Under the pieces are notes generated by a model. That model made no database searches and had not been told where the DNA came from. It saw nothing but the letters and a program-made list of their open reading frames with translations. DNA of 64,000 nucleotides from contig JBLDXI010000042.1 in the NCBI GenBank assembly GCA_047495785.1, positions 2,480,001 through 2,544,000 of the forward strand, written 5' to 3'. The stretch comes from Lepidodermella squamata (Eukaryota > Animalia > Gastrotricha). Below are positions 25,966 through 38,709 of this stretch, piece after piece; the first letter of the stretch is position 1, and each line of letters starts with the position of its first letter. Position numbers and translations under genes: made by a program.

Positions 25966-28482
25966 TCAAACAACAGTCGGCGGGAAAACTTCATCTATGT
26001 CAATAACGGGCAGCTTTTCGATTTGCCTGAGATGTTCATCGAAACATTTCGAACATACAAAAGTGTCATCAGGGCAGCCAGCGCAGTAGAACGGCGTTCG
26101 ACGCGCTCTTATCCATATTTCAGCCGATGACAGGCCGCCTTCGGCCCGCAGTTTTGACAGGCACAGCGTGCAGACTGATTTTAGCGATTTCGTCTTGACG
26201 GGCTTTCTAACGTGCGCCGACAACGGCTCGGCGATCGTTTTCAGAACAGCCAATTTTTCGTCTTTCAATTTTACAGCCAATTTAAACTAGACAAAAAAAT
26301 CACAGAAAATTCCAGAAAAATTATAGCAAAATGTATACCGAGCCGGGCTTGGAAATTGACTGCTTCTTCTTCTCCTTTTTCGGGTTCAAAATAGGCGCTT
26401 TCATCACGGGTCTTGATTTGTGAATATCAATGCAGTTTATGCAGACAAACGGATAGCCGTAACATGATTCGCAGAATACTATCGATCTTTTCGGCGTCAA
26501 TCGCACGCCTTTAGCTTTACACTCCACGCATTTGCCATGTGTCATTCGATTGTTGGAAGAAACGCGTCGATTGCTGAACGAAAAAACGTGGGCTAACTTC
26601 TTAGGCCGACCTCGCATTCCTTTCGGCCGCGGCGGGTTGTTAATTGCACTCAATTTAACTTTCGACTTTGACAATGGAACAGTTTTCGATACAGCAGGTA
26701 AGCACAGGGGAGGCGAAAGGCTGAGAGGAATCGGGACATAGGTTACTTTCGCGTAGTTGTGGTCATTATGCGGCTCTTCTCGAACTAGAACGTCAGGAAT
26801 TCGGAGGCGCTCCATAAGAACGACTGGAACTAGATTACGATCGACAGCAGTGCGGGTCGAAGTGGCAGCTTTCTGACTCGACGATGACTGGCTAGACCCA
26901 GAAGATACTACAATTTGTTGCTGAGTTTCAATCACAACTGCTGGACGTTCGAATTTGAAAACTCGCTCGAAAACTCCCAAATTGGGATCCAAGTCAGGAT
27001 CCAAAGCGGGATAATCGATATTCTGTAATATTCAAATAAAATCACTGAGACAATCCAAGAGCTCACTTTAGCTTCTCAACGCAAAAATTTGCCGATAATT
27101 GCACGTTTTCGATTTAAATCTGCCCGAAGTAATCCATAAATCCCAAATCATAAGCAGCAGTAGTGCTCAGTCACTAAACATCAGGGACCTCATACCCTAG
27201 AGATGAAAAGGCTCATTTTTCCAGACAACTTATGCCAACCGACACGTGACTAATTTCCGCCTACAAACGATAGTTGACGGTTACAGGAAACTGGCTTGGC
27301 CAAAAATAGAATTTTGCCTGATTTTGCCTGATTTTTGCCGTAGTTACCGAAATATAAGCCTCCCCTCGTTTAGAAGCCTGTCTCATTTAGAAGCCTAGGT
27401 AAATTGGAATTCTTTGATGCATAGTCCTATCTCGAATAGTAGCCTAGGCTATTACGGCATATGTGCACTTCCGAGCTTAACGGTTATAAAAACAAAAAAT
27501 GCCTGAAGATGTTTGATAATCTGCGATTTATGATGATTTTTGCTGTGGCTCTCCTTATTATTCTTAATTTTCAGCTATTGGGCGACCTGGGTAATAGCTA
27601 GTAACGTAAAATTTGATAAGTTTTGAGACTGAAACACGCAAAATTATGTCACGCCTTCGTTGCATAAGCCTATCTCAAATAGAAGCCTAGTCTTGAATAG
27701 TAGCCTACTTTTCCCCATTTTTCGAGGTATCATTTTTGCAGAAATCCGGGTTAGTATTTCGGTAACTACGGTACTTGGTGGAACTACCGAATCCACTAAA
27801 TCGCTATCGACTGGAACAAAAATTGTTGAAACGCGCGATTTGGGTAGATTTGGGTAGATTTTCTTGAAATGTGGAGAACTCGAAATAACGATGCTTTGCC
27901 ACCGCGACTAGAACCCGAGAAATTTTAAATTTTCGTTTTTTCCAAGAAATGACATGCTTGAAAATTTACCCAAATCGCGTTTTCAACCATTTTGGTCCAG
28001 CCAATAGCGATTTTGAGGATTCGGTGGATCCACCAGAATACTCAATTTAGGGAAAACAGCTAGTTTACCTGATGCCCGGATTCTGCTATAACATAAGTCA
28101 TTGATGGCTCGACCTTGAAATGGTGGACAACGGGCGGGATATGGCAACCATGACACGGACTTTCTGACACGATCGGATCATTCAACACCAAAGACGAAGC
28201 CAAATTAGTATTCGACAACGACCGCTCCGAGTAAGTCGCCGGGTTTCTACTCGTTGTCATCGAAGGCGTGAGTGGCAACGGCACGGTGACCGGAGTCTGG
28301 CAGACGGCGAGATGTTCGAGCAAGAGGTCTGTTATACTTGCGCCATTCGACATGTGAATGAAAAGCTGGCAATTCCGCGGGCACCACCTGCCAGCCCCAT
28401 CCTTGTGGCCGTTCTGATGCTCGCTATACTGAATTATATTGCTCGTGGCAAATAAACAAATATCACACAAGTAACGAGACAT
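25966..28482 (-). CDS. Array gene B: C2H2+C2HC module, PxVxM, DHNY, AT-hook, 2 CRDs; exons 28482-28069, 27022-26339, 26286-25966
   Basis: Phase-0 GT-AG joins (SGHQ|NIDY, KPGS|FKLA) unite three ORF-track ORFs; intron 1 carries two MITEs. Confidence 0.75.
27338..27771. mobile_element. pogo/Tc2-like MITE (434 bp)
   Basis: 17-bp perfect TIR CCGTAGTTACCGAAATA; internal repeats TAGAAGCCT/TAGTAGCCT; TA on the right, TG on the left. Confidence 0.85.
27774..28038. mobile_element. MITE with ~80-bp imperfect terminal inverted repeats
   Basis: Left tggtggaactaccgaatcc..aaatcgctat..gcgatttgggtagattt matches the reverse complement of the right end; TA on both flanks. Confidence 0.75.
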
Positions 28483-28539
28483 TCTAAAAATAAACAAAAA
28501 AATTCCCATAATTTCTTTAGAAAAAAATTAAAAAAAAAT

Positions 28540-29744
28540 CTATACGGCTTGCTTGTGAAGTTCGAAGCATTTCTCGCAGACTGAGGGTCTTCCGGGGCAC
28601 AACGAACAGACATATCTGGTCGAAGTGGCGACTTGTCGAACAGTTTCTTCCTTTAGGGAAAAACCTCGGAGCCTGGCCAAACATTCGACACACAAATTAT
28701 TCGCAGTTCCGGCAGGATTTTCAACCAAATTGTGGCATCTTTCTTCCTCCCCGGTTCCAATGATGCCACAATTCGAGGCGAGATTTTGCGTAGAATCTGA
28801 TTTTGCAGCCTCTGTTTGATCTTCGACCTTCGTCTCAAAATTTGCCGGAAAAATATCAAAGACCTGAAAAAATAAGCTTGAATATAATTTTTGCAATTTT
28901 TAAATAAAATTTACTTCGGTTTTTACGAAGTCCAGCGATCCATCGGTTTTTATAACTGGAATTTCCAGCCATGATTTATGGATATTCTTAATAGCTGAAC
29001 TGGGCTCTTTTTCAGCTTGCTGCGGGATTTCCACTTCAACAAAAGACTCCGAATTTTGAGGCGCGAGATTTGAATCGGATGCTTGTTTCTAGAAAAGTTC
29101 ATAGATGGTTGGTACTGGGAAATTTTTATTGGAACAAACAGAAGCTATCGTCAATTTCACCGAAGAAACGCTGTCTGAATCACTGCTGTCGAGAACCACC
29201 GACGAAGTATTTTCGAAAACGTAGGGTAGCTAAGATGGCTTGAAAGTTAAAAAATCAGAAAAATATTGGAAAAATTACCGATCTTCGCGATGACAAACTG
29301 GTGGTACGAGATAGAGCCGTAGGTAATGATACAACATCGGAAGTTCTGCGTCGAGGATCTTTCATTTGATGATCAACCTAATATTGAAAAATTCAGTAAT
29401 TATGGCCGAAATTTATATTATTCCGAAATGCTCACCTGGACGATTTCGACCGAGCCGTCGCTTTCGGCATCGCAATCGACAACATTTTTCGGTTTCATCT
29501 TCGCCACTTTTTTCGGTTTCCGCTTCAATTTCAGCGCTTTTCGAGCCTCGAGCGAAAGTTGGCAAACCTTCAAATGTTTGAATAGCATTTCCTTCGCGTC
29601 AAATTTTTTCGTGCTAGTAACGAAAAGCCGGCATTTTCGCGGGCACCATTTGCCGGTGTTCTTTTTATGAGCAAGGCGATGTTCCGAAAATCGAATTGGG
29701 TTGCTCGTCGCATATAGGCAAAATTTGCATAAATACCGAGACAT
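28540..29744 (-). CDS. Array gene C: C2H2+C2HC module + 1 CRD; 4 exons
   Basis: MSRYLCKFCLYATSNPIRFSEHRLAH..WCPRKC..HLKVC; last exon HNL..CVEC..TRYVCSLCPGRPSVCEKCFELH; three short GT-AG introns. Confidence 0.75.
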
Positions 29745-29848
29745 CCTCGTATCAAGAAAAAATCGCGTTGAATTATTGGCAAAATTAAAGCAGCCATTAT
29801 TTATTATCTGAAAGAACTTTTAAAAGGTCCAGGAAAACATCAAATTCT

Positions 29849-30633
29849 TCATTTTTCAAGTGGCATTTTACGATGCTCAGTAAAGCATGGGACACATAGG
29901 AAAGGCTTGTTCGGACAGGTAGAGCAATAGCGATAGGTCTGAGTCGCGACTTGGTCCACGTTTTTCGCACCCTTTTCTTCGAGTTTGGCCGTACAACCAA
30001 CACAACGCGTTGCTCGCTTGAATTCGGCTTTTGCCAGCTCATGGCCATTCATCGGGCTCGTGTTCGATATCGGGACCTCCTTATTCACCTTAGGCTATAG
30101 AACCAACCGTATAATTAATCAGAAATTAATTATTCAAAACGATACTTTCGGTTTCTTCCGAGTTTCAACCAGCTCGAAAATATGGTAGTCGTCGAAGCAT
30201 TCTTTGCAAACAACAGGCTGGTGACTGCAGGTAGCGCAGTATCTATTGGACCTTTTAACAGCGCTGTTAGCCTCTCGTGCCGGCATGCCAACGGCGCGTA
30301 AACGCTGGTAGCAGGAATAGCACCGATCAGGTCCCTTCCCAACACCGGTTCCTCGTTTCTCAAGTCGATGCTTCGGTGCCTGAAATAGGATCAGAGAACT
30401 AGAGAATTTCTTTGAATTATAACAATATCCACAAAAATACTTATTTAGAGTTGAAAATTTCATACAATAAAGCCCGCAAGTAACATATTAAAATGAAATT
30501 TTTCCAACATTCTTTGTTTTTTGAGAATACCGGCTATCATTTTGCTACAACTATAATAATAGGGATTGCGTAATTATAAGGAATTTACCTCAGCATCGAC
30601 TGGATTCACAGTTTTTTCCGCTTTCACTTTCAT
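29849..30633 (-). CDS. Array gene D: 2 CRDs; 3 exons
   Basis: MKVKAEKTVNPVDAE|APKHRL..CYSC..NRYCATCSHQPVVCKECFDDYH; HEL..CVGC..YRYCSTCPNKPFLCVPCFTEH. Confidence 0.72.
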
Positions 30634-31407
30634 TTCACGCACATGGAATTAAGTGAATTTCATTGAAATAAAGCCTAGTTTTGAGGAAGAACTAAAGGGT
30701 TGATACAATATTCGCACCACGTAGATCGTAGATGCAAAATCTGTTAAAAAATCATCAAGGTTTCATTTGAAAATCAATTTGAAAATTTGAAATTTGAGGA
30801 AACATAAATTCAACGTCCAACATCAAAATCGACAAGCTTATTATTGTATTCGGTGGGTAATTTCTAGTAGGGCAATGTTTCTATCATCTGCCTAAAAAAA
30901 TACTATAGGGCTCATTCGTCACTCATTGAGTAGAATAAAATTTCGCCATGACATCTTACTATATAGGAAGAGCGCTGAATTACATCATGTTTATTATTTG
31001 TCCATGGTCGCAAGGCAAACAATGATAATGCTCTATTCCTACGGCCACAATGGCGTCACATACCACAAAATGAGAGAGACTCATTCATAGAAAAAACACG
31101 CGACAGCTCCCATTCGTAATCGAAACTTCACACTCGACCGAGCAAAATATCACAGAATTCAGTCCACATCGATTTTATGCCAACATTTCGGATTTTCTGG
31201 GGCATTTCAGGAATTCGTTTTTTTAATGATATTGGATTCGCCAATAACCTATAAGCAAAAGAGACACAATTAAAAGCAAATTCAATCGTTTGAACAAAAA
31301 AACAAACAAAAAATTCGATCATTTTGAATAGTTAAAATAAATCAAATAGCCAAGTGGTGCATGCTGTAATAATAATTCAGTCTGTTCCCAACATAAGACG
31401 CGAAGAT

Positions 31408-32046
31408 TCATTCCTCAATCGGCTGGGTTTGGTGTTCCAAAAAGCATTTCCGGCAGATGAACGGTTTGCTTTTGCATGCAACGCAGCAGTAAGCTGTCTG
31501 GCGAGCCGTGGCGTAGGCTTGCTTTGCCGTGACTCCTGCGGCTCGAATTCGTTTCAAACACATTCTACATCGCTTCGATAGGTGGGTGCCCTTGCTTTCG
31601 TTCTTCAAAATCGGATTAATCTGCAGCACATGCCCGTTTCCAATCAAAATCTTCTCAACGCTTTTTCGTCGTGAACGGGATCGCCTGCTGTTTGATGACT
31701 CGGAGCTACCTGAAAATAAGTTTCTCGCAGCACTTAAATTGGCCTCGTTTTCGAACAGGCAGTCCTCAACTCGCGGTTCTTTCTTCATCAAAACTGGTGC
31801 GGTAATAAATTCCTCGGTGGCTTGTGTGAAAAAATGCGAAAAAGAAGCGTTTGGGGGTTCAGAAGTTGAAACAAAGCAATTTTTCAAATGTTTATTCACG
31901 GCTGACATGTGACTGTCTTCAAGGTAGAGGCCACAGAGACGAGGGCACCAGGTACCGAAATTTTGAATGTGAGCAACTTTATGAATGGTAAATTCGATAG
32001 GGTGATCTGAGGTGTAACAGCAAGTCCCGCAGGCATAACGTAACAT
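31408..32046 (-). CDS. Array gene E: C2H2+C2HC module + 1 CRD, single exon
   Basis: CGTCCYTSDHPIEFTIHKVAH..WCPRLC..HLKNC; CRMC..TAYCCVACKSKPFICRKCFLEH. Confidence 0.8.
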   Translation of the reverse strand: MLRYACGTCCYTSDHPIEFTIHKVAHIQNFGTWCPRLCGLYLEDSHMSAVNKHLKNCFVSTSEPPNASFSHFFTQATEEFITAPVLMKKEPRVEDCLFENEANLSAARNLFSGSSESSNSRRSRSRRKSVEKILIGNGHVLQINPILKNESKGTHLSKRCRMCLKRIRAAGVTAKQAYATARQTAYCCVACKSKPFICRKCFLEHQTQPIEE

Positions 32047-32097
32047 TTCAATCTCAAATACACCTAAAAGGTCAAAGTAACGAAAATAATAGATTTT

Positions 32098-33144
32098 TCA
32101 GGTTGCTTCCTTTTCAATCATAATATGACTATCGAAGCAGTTTCGGCAAATGCGGGGTTTCCCAGGGCAAGTTTCACAAAAATGTACCGTTTGAAATGCC
32201 CTTCTCCGCGCAGCTGAGAATTTCAAGCCTTCCTCCACCCATTTATCGATACAACTCGCACAACTCAGGCGTTTGAGCTGTTTCACACCTGGGCCCCGGG
32301 TGAGTTTACCAATCACGTGATCTGACGACTTTACAGCAGTTCGTGTTTCGATTGTTCCACCAAGGTGAAAGTGGGTGAAACACTGTTGACACATCGCCGG
32401 CTGGCCTTCACACGAAGAACAGAAGTACTCAGTCTTTCGGCTCCCATTAAACTTGACGCCTTCGTCCAAGCATCGGGATTTACACATTACGCAACGATTT
32501 CTTGAAATAGGATCCCAAGTAAGGCGATGACCTGGCTCACATTTAACAATTAGCGGCTCAGGTTCCCTATCCGTATAGTGGAAATTAAAGACTGGCTTTC
32601 AGATTCCTGCTACACCTGAAACTTACTTTTCAACAGGCGATGCGTTATGAGCGGGGAAGCAATTTCGGCAAATAAAAGGCTTTGAAAAGCAACTGCTGCA
32701 AAAGAAACTCGCTTTTCTGACTTTCGCTGCTCCTTTGCTCTCAACTGCTTTTTCTTTCGTTGTTCCTTCTTTACTCTTTCTAACACAGTCTCTGCAAAGC
32801 TTGTAAGTTGGCATGCCCTTGCTGTCATTTCGCTGGGCCATTTTATGAACATCCGACTTGAACAAACTCGCTAGAAAGTCACGCCTCAAACCGCTGAATG
32901 GAACAATTACTCCATCAGGGTGTTTCGCGATGAAACAATCCGGGCAGAAATTCGGCTTCTCAGGGCAATCGCTGCAGTACTGACAGGTGCGCTTGCGATC
33001 ACGACAAATCGAGCACCTCTTGAATAGACGCTGAAATTGGCCGTCTTTCGTTATCTTCTTTTGTTCAGTAACGACAAGGCGATGTGGCTCATTAACAACG
33101 GGCTCAAGCTTAAAAGAACTCGCAGCAACAGATGGCTGATACAT
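32098..33144 (-). CDS. Array gene F1: 4 tandem CRDs; 2 exons (phase-2 intron ~32567-32626)
   Basis: ASPVEK|EPEPLIVKCEPGHRL join links ORFs 32623-33165 and 32098-32487. Confidence 0.8.
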
Positions 33145-33303
33145 TAATTCAGAAGTCGAACACAATTTTATTATACGATTTGTGATATCATAGCCTAAAA
33201 TCGAAAAAAATGTATCGAAAACAGGTTTTAGAGTGGCCGGATGATTGTGAAAGATAGGAAAATTTGGAAAATATATTCGAAAAATTGCATAATTTTCAGG
33301 TGT

Positions 33304-33720
33304 CTATTGGCTACATCTCTGATTCGAATCGATCAGAACATTCTCTGAAGCAAGAACGGCACATGGGCGGTTCGCCGTCGCAATCACCAAAGATGTGTAG
33401 AGGAAAAAAAAACGAAATTTTTTCAGGCTTCTTCTTCGCCAATTATTGCGTGACTGTCGAAGCAGTTTCGGCAAATGCGAGGTTTCCCTGGGCAAGTTTC
33501 ACAAAAATGCACCGTCCCACGTGCCAATTTCTGCGCAGCTGCGAATTCCAAGCCTTTTTCCACCCATTTATCGATACAACTCACACATTTTTTGCATTCG
33601 AGTCGTTTCACACGATAACTTAATGAGTTTGGAAAAATTGATATCGGAAAATCGGAGTTACAAGGGCAAAAATTATATTAGGAAATGTTACTTCTCAACA
33701 GGCATAACGTAACACTTCAA
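33304..33720 (-). pseudogene. Scrambled relics: 3' end of a G-type gene, last CRD of an F-type gene, truncated start of an E-type gene
   Basis: GDCDGEPPMCRSCFREC fragment; CVSCIDKWVEKG..CETCPGKPRICRNCFDSH without an upstream gene; E-type ATG changed to GTG and cut after a few codons. Confidence 0.7.
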
Positions 33721-33767
33721 TCTCAAATACACCTAAAAGGTCAAAATAACGAAAAACAAATATTATT

Positions 33768-35598
33768 TCAGGTTGCTTCTCTTTCAATCATAGCATGACT
33801 GGCAAAGCAGTTTCGGCAAATGCGGGGTTTCCCTGGGCAAGTTTCACAAAAATGTACCGTTAGACATGCTTTCCTTCGTGCTGCTGAGAATTCTAAGCCT
33901 TCCTCCACCCATTTATCGATACAACTCGCACACTCGAGCCGTTTCACACCTGGGCTCTGGCTGAGTTTCCCAATCACGTGATCTGGCGATTTTATAGCGG
34001 TTCGTGCTTCGATTGTTCCACCACGGTGAAAGTGGGCGAAACACCGTTGACACATCGCCGGCTGGCCGTCACACGATGAACAGAAATACTGCGTTAATCG
34101 GCTTCTATTAAGCTTGATACCTTCGTCTGCGCATCGGGCTTTGCACATTACGCAGCGATGTCTCCCAAGACGAATCACGTTAAGGCGATGACCAGGTTCA
34201 GGCTTTACAAATACTGCGCTATTTTCATGTCCTCTGAAAAAACAAAAATAGGAAAATTGGGGGCTGTATTTGATATTCCAGCACCACCACCAAGATGCAA
34301 CAATTCAAATGCTTTCAATTTTCCGCTCTCGAATTTTGAATTATTTGAAACTAGAGCCTCTCGCTGGTCTGCTTGCTATCTCAGGCATCAATTTATAAGT
34401 TTTTTGGGATTTCCTGAAGTTTACAACCACTAACCTCCGCGGCATATATTTCTGACGTATAGTGTATAGGGTCTTCATTTTTGGTACCACTAAAAATGAG
34501 GCTCCAGCTTAAAAATTGAGCACTAAATTTTTCCGAATTCAGCCCTTCCGTTTGTTGATCGATACTGATGCCCTCCCTGGATCTGGGATTTTTTATTACA
34601 GCAAATGGTGCTCCAAGCTATTCAGAAAATTAATTGATGCTGGGTTCGAAGTCTGTTTACATATATCAGAAAAATCACGGATTAGTAAAATCGATACTTG
34701 AAATCGATATTGATTCTGCAGGCTGAAATATAACTCACAAACAGACCGCTCATATCGCAAAATACGCGTACCATGAAGATGTATTGACTAGGCTCAAAAA
34801 TATTGAGATTCCAGTGAAACCTTGAAAATCGAAAAACCACAAGTATATTTTGGCGAGAATTAGTGCTGAATCCCGAAACCTATAAATATAAATACGAACC
34901 AAACCAGTCTCCTACAATTGCAACTTTTCAAGCGCGCATATTCCCGTGTTAATCGCCGGAAAAATTATTAGGTCGTAGGTATCTAATGCGAAATGAGAGA
35001 AAGATGATGGGACGAACGTCAACCTCGATTAAAGGCAACTATATACTACTATACTATATACTAGGAAAACTTACTTTTCAACAGGCGATGCGTTATGAGC
35101 GGGGAAGCAATTTCGACAAATAAAAGGCTTCGAAAAGCAACTGCTGCAGAAAACTAGCGATGTTCTAATATTCGCAGCTCCTTTGCGGTCAGTTACTTCT
35201 TCTTCCTTTATTCCCTCTTTACTCTTTTTAATGCAGTCCTTGCAAGGCCTATTAACTAGCCTGCCCTTGCTGTCTCTTCGCTTGACCATTTTATGAACAT
35301 CCGATTTGAACCAACTCGCTAGAGAATCAGCTCTCAATCTAGGCGGGAAGGGAAGAATAACTCCATTAGGGTGCTTCGAAATGAAACAATCCGTGCAAAA
35401 AAGTGGTTCGTCAGGACAATCACTACAGTATTGACAGGTAAATTTGCCACCACACATCGAGCACATCTTGAATGGACGCCGAAACTCTCCGTTTTTTCTT
35501 TTCTTTATTTTTTCAGTAACGACAAGGCGATGTGGCTCATTGACAACAGGCTTACAATAACTCGCTTCCCTTGCAGTAACGGCTCGCTGATACATCAT
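33768..35598 (-). CDS. Array gene F2: 4 tandem CRDs; 2 exons with enlarged intron 34234-35074
   Basis: Paralog of F1/F3; ASPVEK|GHENSAVFVKPEPGHRL join. Confidence 0.78.
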
Positions 35599-35778
35599 TT
35601 TCGAAGTCTAATCATATTTCCTAATCGAAAAGAAACTTTCATAATTAAAACAGAATTTTAGTGCGGCCAAAAAGTCGGGAAAATTTGGAAAAATGTATTC
35701 GATATAATATATAAGTAATATTCAGGTTTCTATTAACTACTATTGACTCTCTGATTCGAATCGATCAGATCTCCTAAT

Positions 35779-36695
35779 TTATCCGACGTGACATTCTCTG
35801 AAGCAAGGAGGGCACATAGATGGCTCGCCTTCGCAATCACCACAGAAGTGTACAGTTCCGGGCGGTCTTTTAGTTGCAATGCCAGTGAAGCAATTCTTCA
35901 GCCAACACACCTTACAGAGATGTCGAATGCCTTTCCTTTGACACAAGCGATGACCGGGTGTGACGATCGACCGTATTGCGCCAACCACCGATATCGAAAC
36001 GCCACGAGACTTCGAATAGGCGAATTCACGACTATTCTTGCAAGACTTCGATGCCAAGAGGCGCACAACGTATTGAGCCTTCCTGAATAAAATATAAATA
36101 TTAGTATTTTTAAATAAATTTTTTAAATAAATAACGTTTCCACTTCAGACGTCTTATGCTTGGGGAAGCAGTATTGGCAAATGTATGGCTTAGAAAAGCA
36201 GCTATTGCAGTAATAAGCTGATATCTTCACGGTCCACCCCGGCCGATTTTCCTTCATACAATTTCGACAATTCGATTTCCCGTATTTACCATCGCTGTTT
36301 TCACTCCTAATCATAACATGGACGTCACTCTGGAAAAAAAGATGACGTCTCTGACGAGGAGCCGCTACTATCCCGTTGGGGTGCAGTTTTCCAAAACATT
36401 GGCGGCACATCGGCGGACTTCCAGGGCAATTAGCGCAGTACAGATTAGTTCGTCTTCTTTTTGAACGATGAGAAAACGTTTTACACGGCAAACATGGTCC
36501 AGTAACGCTATTCCCCGATGGCCTTGAGGTTGTGTTCAGGAGCAATAGGCGGTGAGGTGGATCAAGCGGACCTGAAACGCTCAAACCTGAGCTGCCGAGA
36601 TATTTACCAACGCTAACATCGACATTTTCTTCCTTCACACAAATTTCGGGCTTCACACGAATAGACAAATCCAATAAGTCTCCTTCCGCTTCCAT
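35779..36695 (-). CDS. Array gene G1: LLDLS motif + 3 CRDs; 2 exons
   Basis: MEAEGDLLDLSIRVKPE..; SEVET|KAQYVVRLLAS join; ends HFCGDCEGEPSMCPPCFRECHVG. Confidence 0.78.
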
Positions 36696-37036
36696 AAGTA
36701 AAATTAATTCCAAAATCTAAATTAAACAGTCAGTTTCTTAAATCTCATTAGTTTATCAAATTCTAGGTATCTCCAAAATTTAAATTTTAAAAATAATTTT
36801 ATTCTCATACAAGAAAGGGCGCGGATCATTTGCCCAAAATATTTCTGGTGCGAAAATAGATATATGTTGAATCGATAATTTTAGGATAATCTAAAATATC
36901 GATTGATATCGGAAAAATCGGAGTATAAGGGCACACATATATATGTAGTAGGAAATTTTACTTCTCAAGACGCACAACCTCACATTTCAATCTCAAATAC
37001 ACCTAAATGGTCAAAATCACAGAAGAAGTATATTTT

Positions 37037-38073
37037 TCAGGTTGCTTCCTTGTCAATTATAATATGACTGTCGACGCAGTTTCGGCAAATGCGGGGTTTC
37101 CCTGGGCAAGTTTCACAAAAATGTACCGTTAGACATGCCCTTTTCCGCGCAGCCGAGAATTCTAAGCCTTCCTCCACCCATTTATCGATACAACTCGCAC
37201 ACTCGAGCCGTTTCACACCTGGGCTCTGGCTGAGTTTCCCAATCACGTGATCTGACGGCTTAATAGCGGCTCGTGTTCCGATTGTTCCATCAGGGTGAAA
37301 GTGGGCGAAACACTGTTGACACATCGCCGGCTGGCCTTCACACGACGAACAGAAGTACTTAGTCTTTCGGCTCCCATTAAACTTGATGTCTTCGTCCAAG
37401 CATCGGGCTTTACACATTACACAACGAGTTCTTGAAAGATGACTCCATGTAAGGTGATGACCAGGCTCACATAGCGGCTCAGGTTCCCTGAAAAATTCCG
37501 TGTTGCGGAAATTAGAGAATTTCAGATTCTTGCTTCACCTGAAACTTACTTTTCAACAGGCGACGCGTTATGAGCGGGGAAGCAATTTCGGCAAATAAAA
37601 GGCTTTGAAAAGCAACTGCCACAATAAACTTGCGCTTTTCTGACTTGCGCTGCTCCTTTCCTGTTGATTGCTCTTTTGTTCTTTGTTCCTTCTCTTCTCT
37701 TTCTAATGCAGTTTCTGCAAAGTCTGTAAGCTGGCCTGCCTTTGCTGTCATTTCGCTGGGCCATTTTATGGACATCCGACTTGAACCAACGCGCTAGAAA
37801 ATCAAATTTCAACCGACGGAATGGAACAACAACTCCATTCGGGTGTTTCAAGATGAAACAATCCCTGCAAAAATACGGCTTCTCAGGGCAATCGCTGCAG
37901 TATAGACAGGTTTGTTTGCCATTACGACAAAGCGAGCACCTCCTGATTCGGCGCCGGCAACATCCGTCTTTTGTTTGCTTTATTTCTTCAGTGGCGATAA
38001 GGCGATGTGGCTCATTTATAAGCGTCCCCAGCTTGAAAGAACTTTCTCCTCTTGCAGTCACGGATGTTATCAT
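37037..38073 (-). CDS. Array gene F3: 4 tandem CRDs; intron 37488-37549
   Basis: Paralog of F1/F2 with the same intron position and phase. Confidence 0.8.
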
Positions 38074-38254
38074 ATTTCTGAAGTTTATTTCCGAAGTATA
38101 TTATGAATTTATTATATGATTTGTAACATCATAGCCTACAATCGAAACTAAATTTTCACAATCTGGAACAGGATTGAGAGCGGCCAAAAAGAATTATTGG
38201 GAAAGTTAGGAAAATTTGGAAAATATAGAATTGTCCTCAAAAATATAGGTCGAG

Positions 38255-38466
38255 TAGCTTGGCCGATATTTGTATGATATAACACGAGTAGGAATCTATA
38301 TTTTACGGTATAACATTCGTAAATCGTTTATATCTGAACTCGCCGTACTCGATTTACTCATCTCCACTCGTCTTCGACTCGTTCCGATTCGTAAATCTCG
38401 GTCGGCTCCGTTCAGATATAGACTCTTTACTCGTGCTATATCAGACAAATATAGCCGACAAATTAT
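38255..38466. mobile_element. Degenerate MITE with ~55-bp inverted arms
   Basis: gatatttgtatgatataacacgagtaggaatctatattttacgg pairs with ccgttcagatatagactctttactcgtgctatatcagacaaatat. Confidence 0.65.
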
Positions 38467-38709
38467 ATATGTATGTAGTTTTCAAATGCCAATGGTTACG
38501 TCTCCCTGATTCGTATCAATTTACCCGACGTGACGATCTAACAAATTCAAATGTCCTAATCGAAAATAAATTTTCAAAATAAAAAACAGGATTTAGTGCG
38601 GCAAAAAAATTGGGAAAATTGGAAAAAATAGGAAAAATTTATTCGATAAAATGTATAATATTCAGGTGTCTATTCTACGTCTCTCTGATTCGAAGATTAG
38701 AACTCAAAT

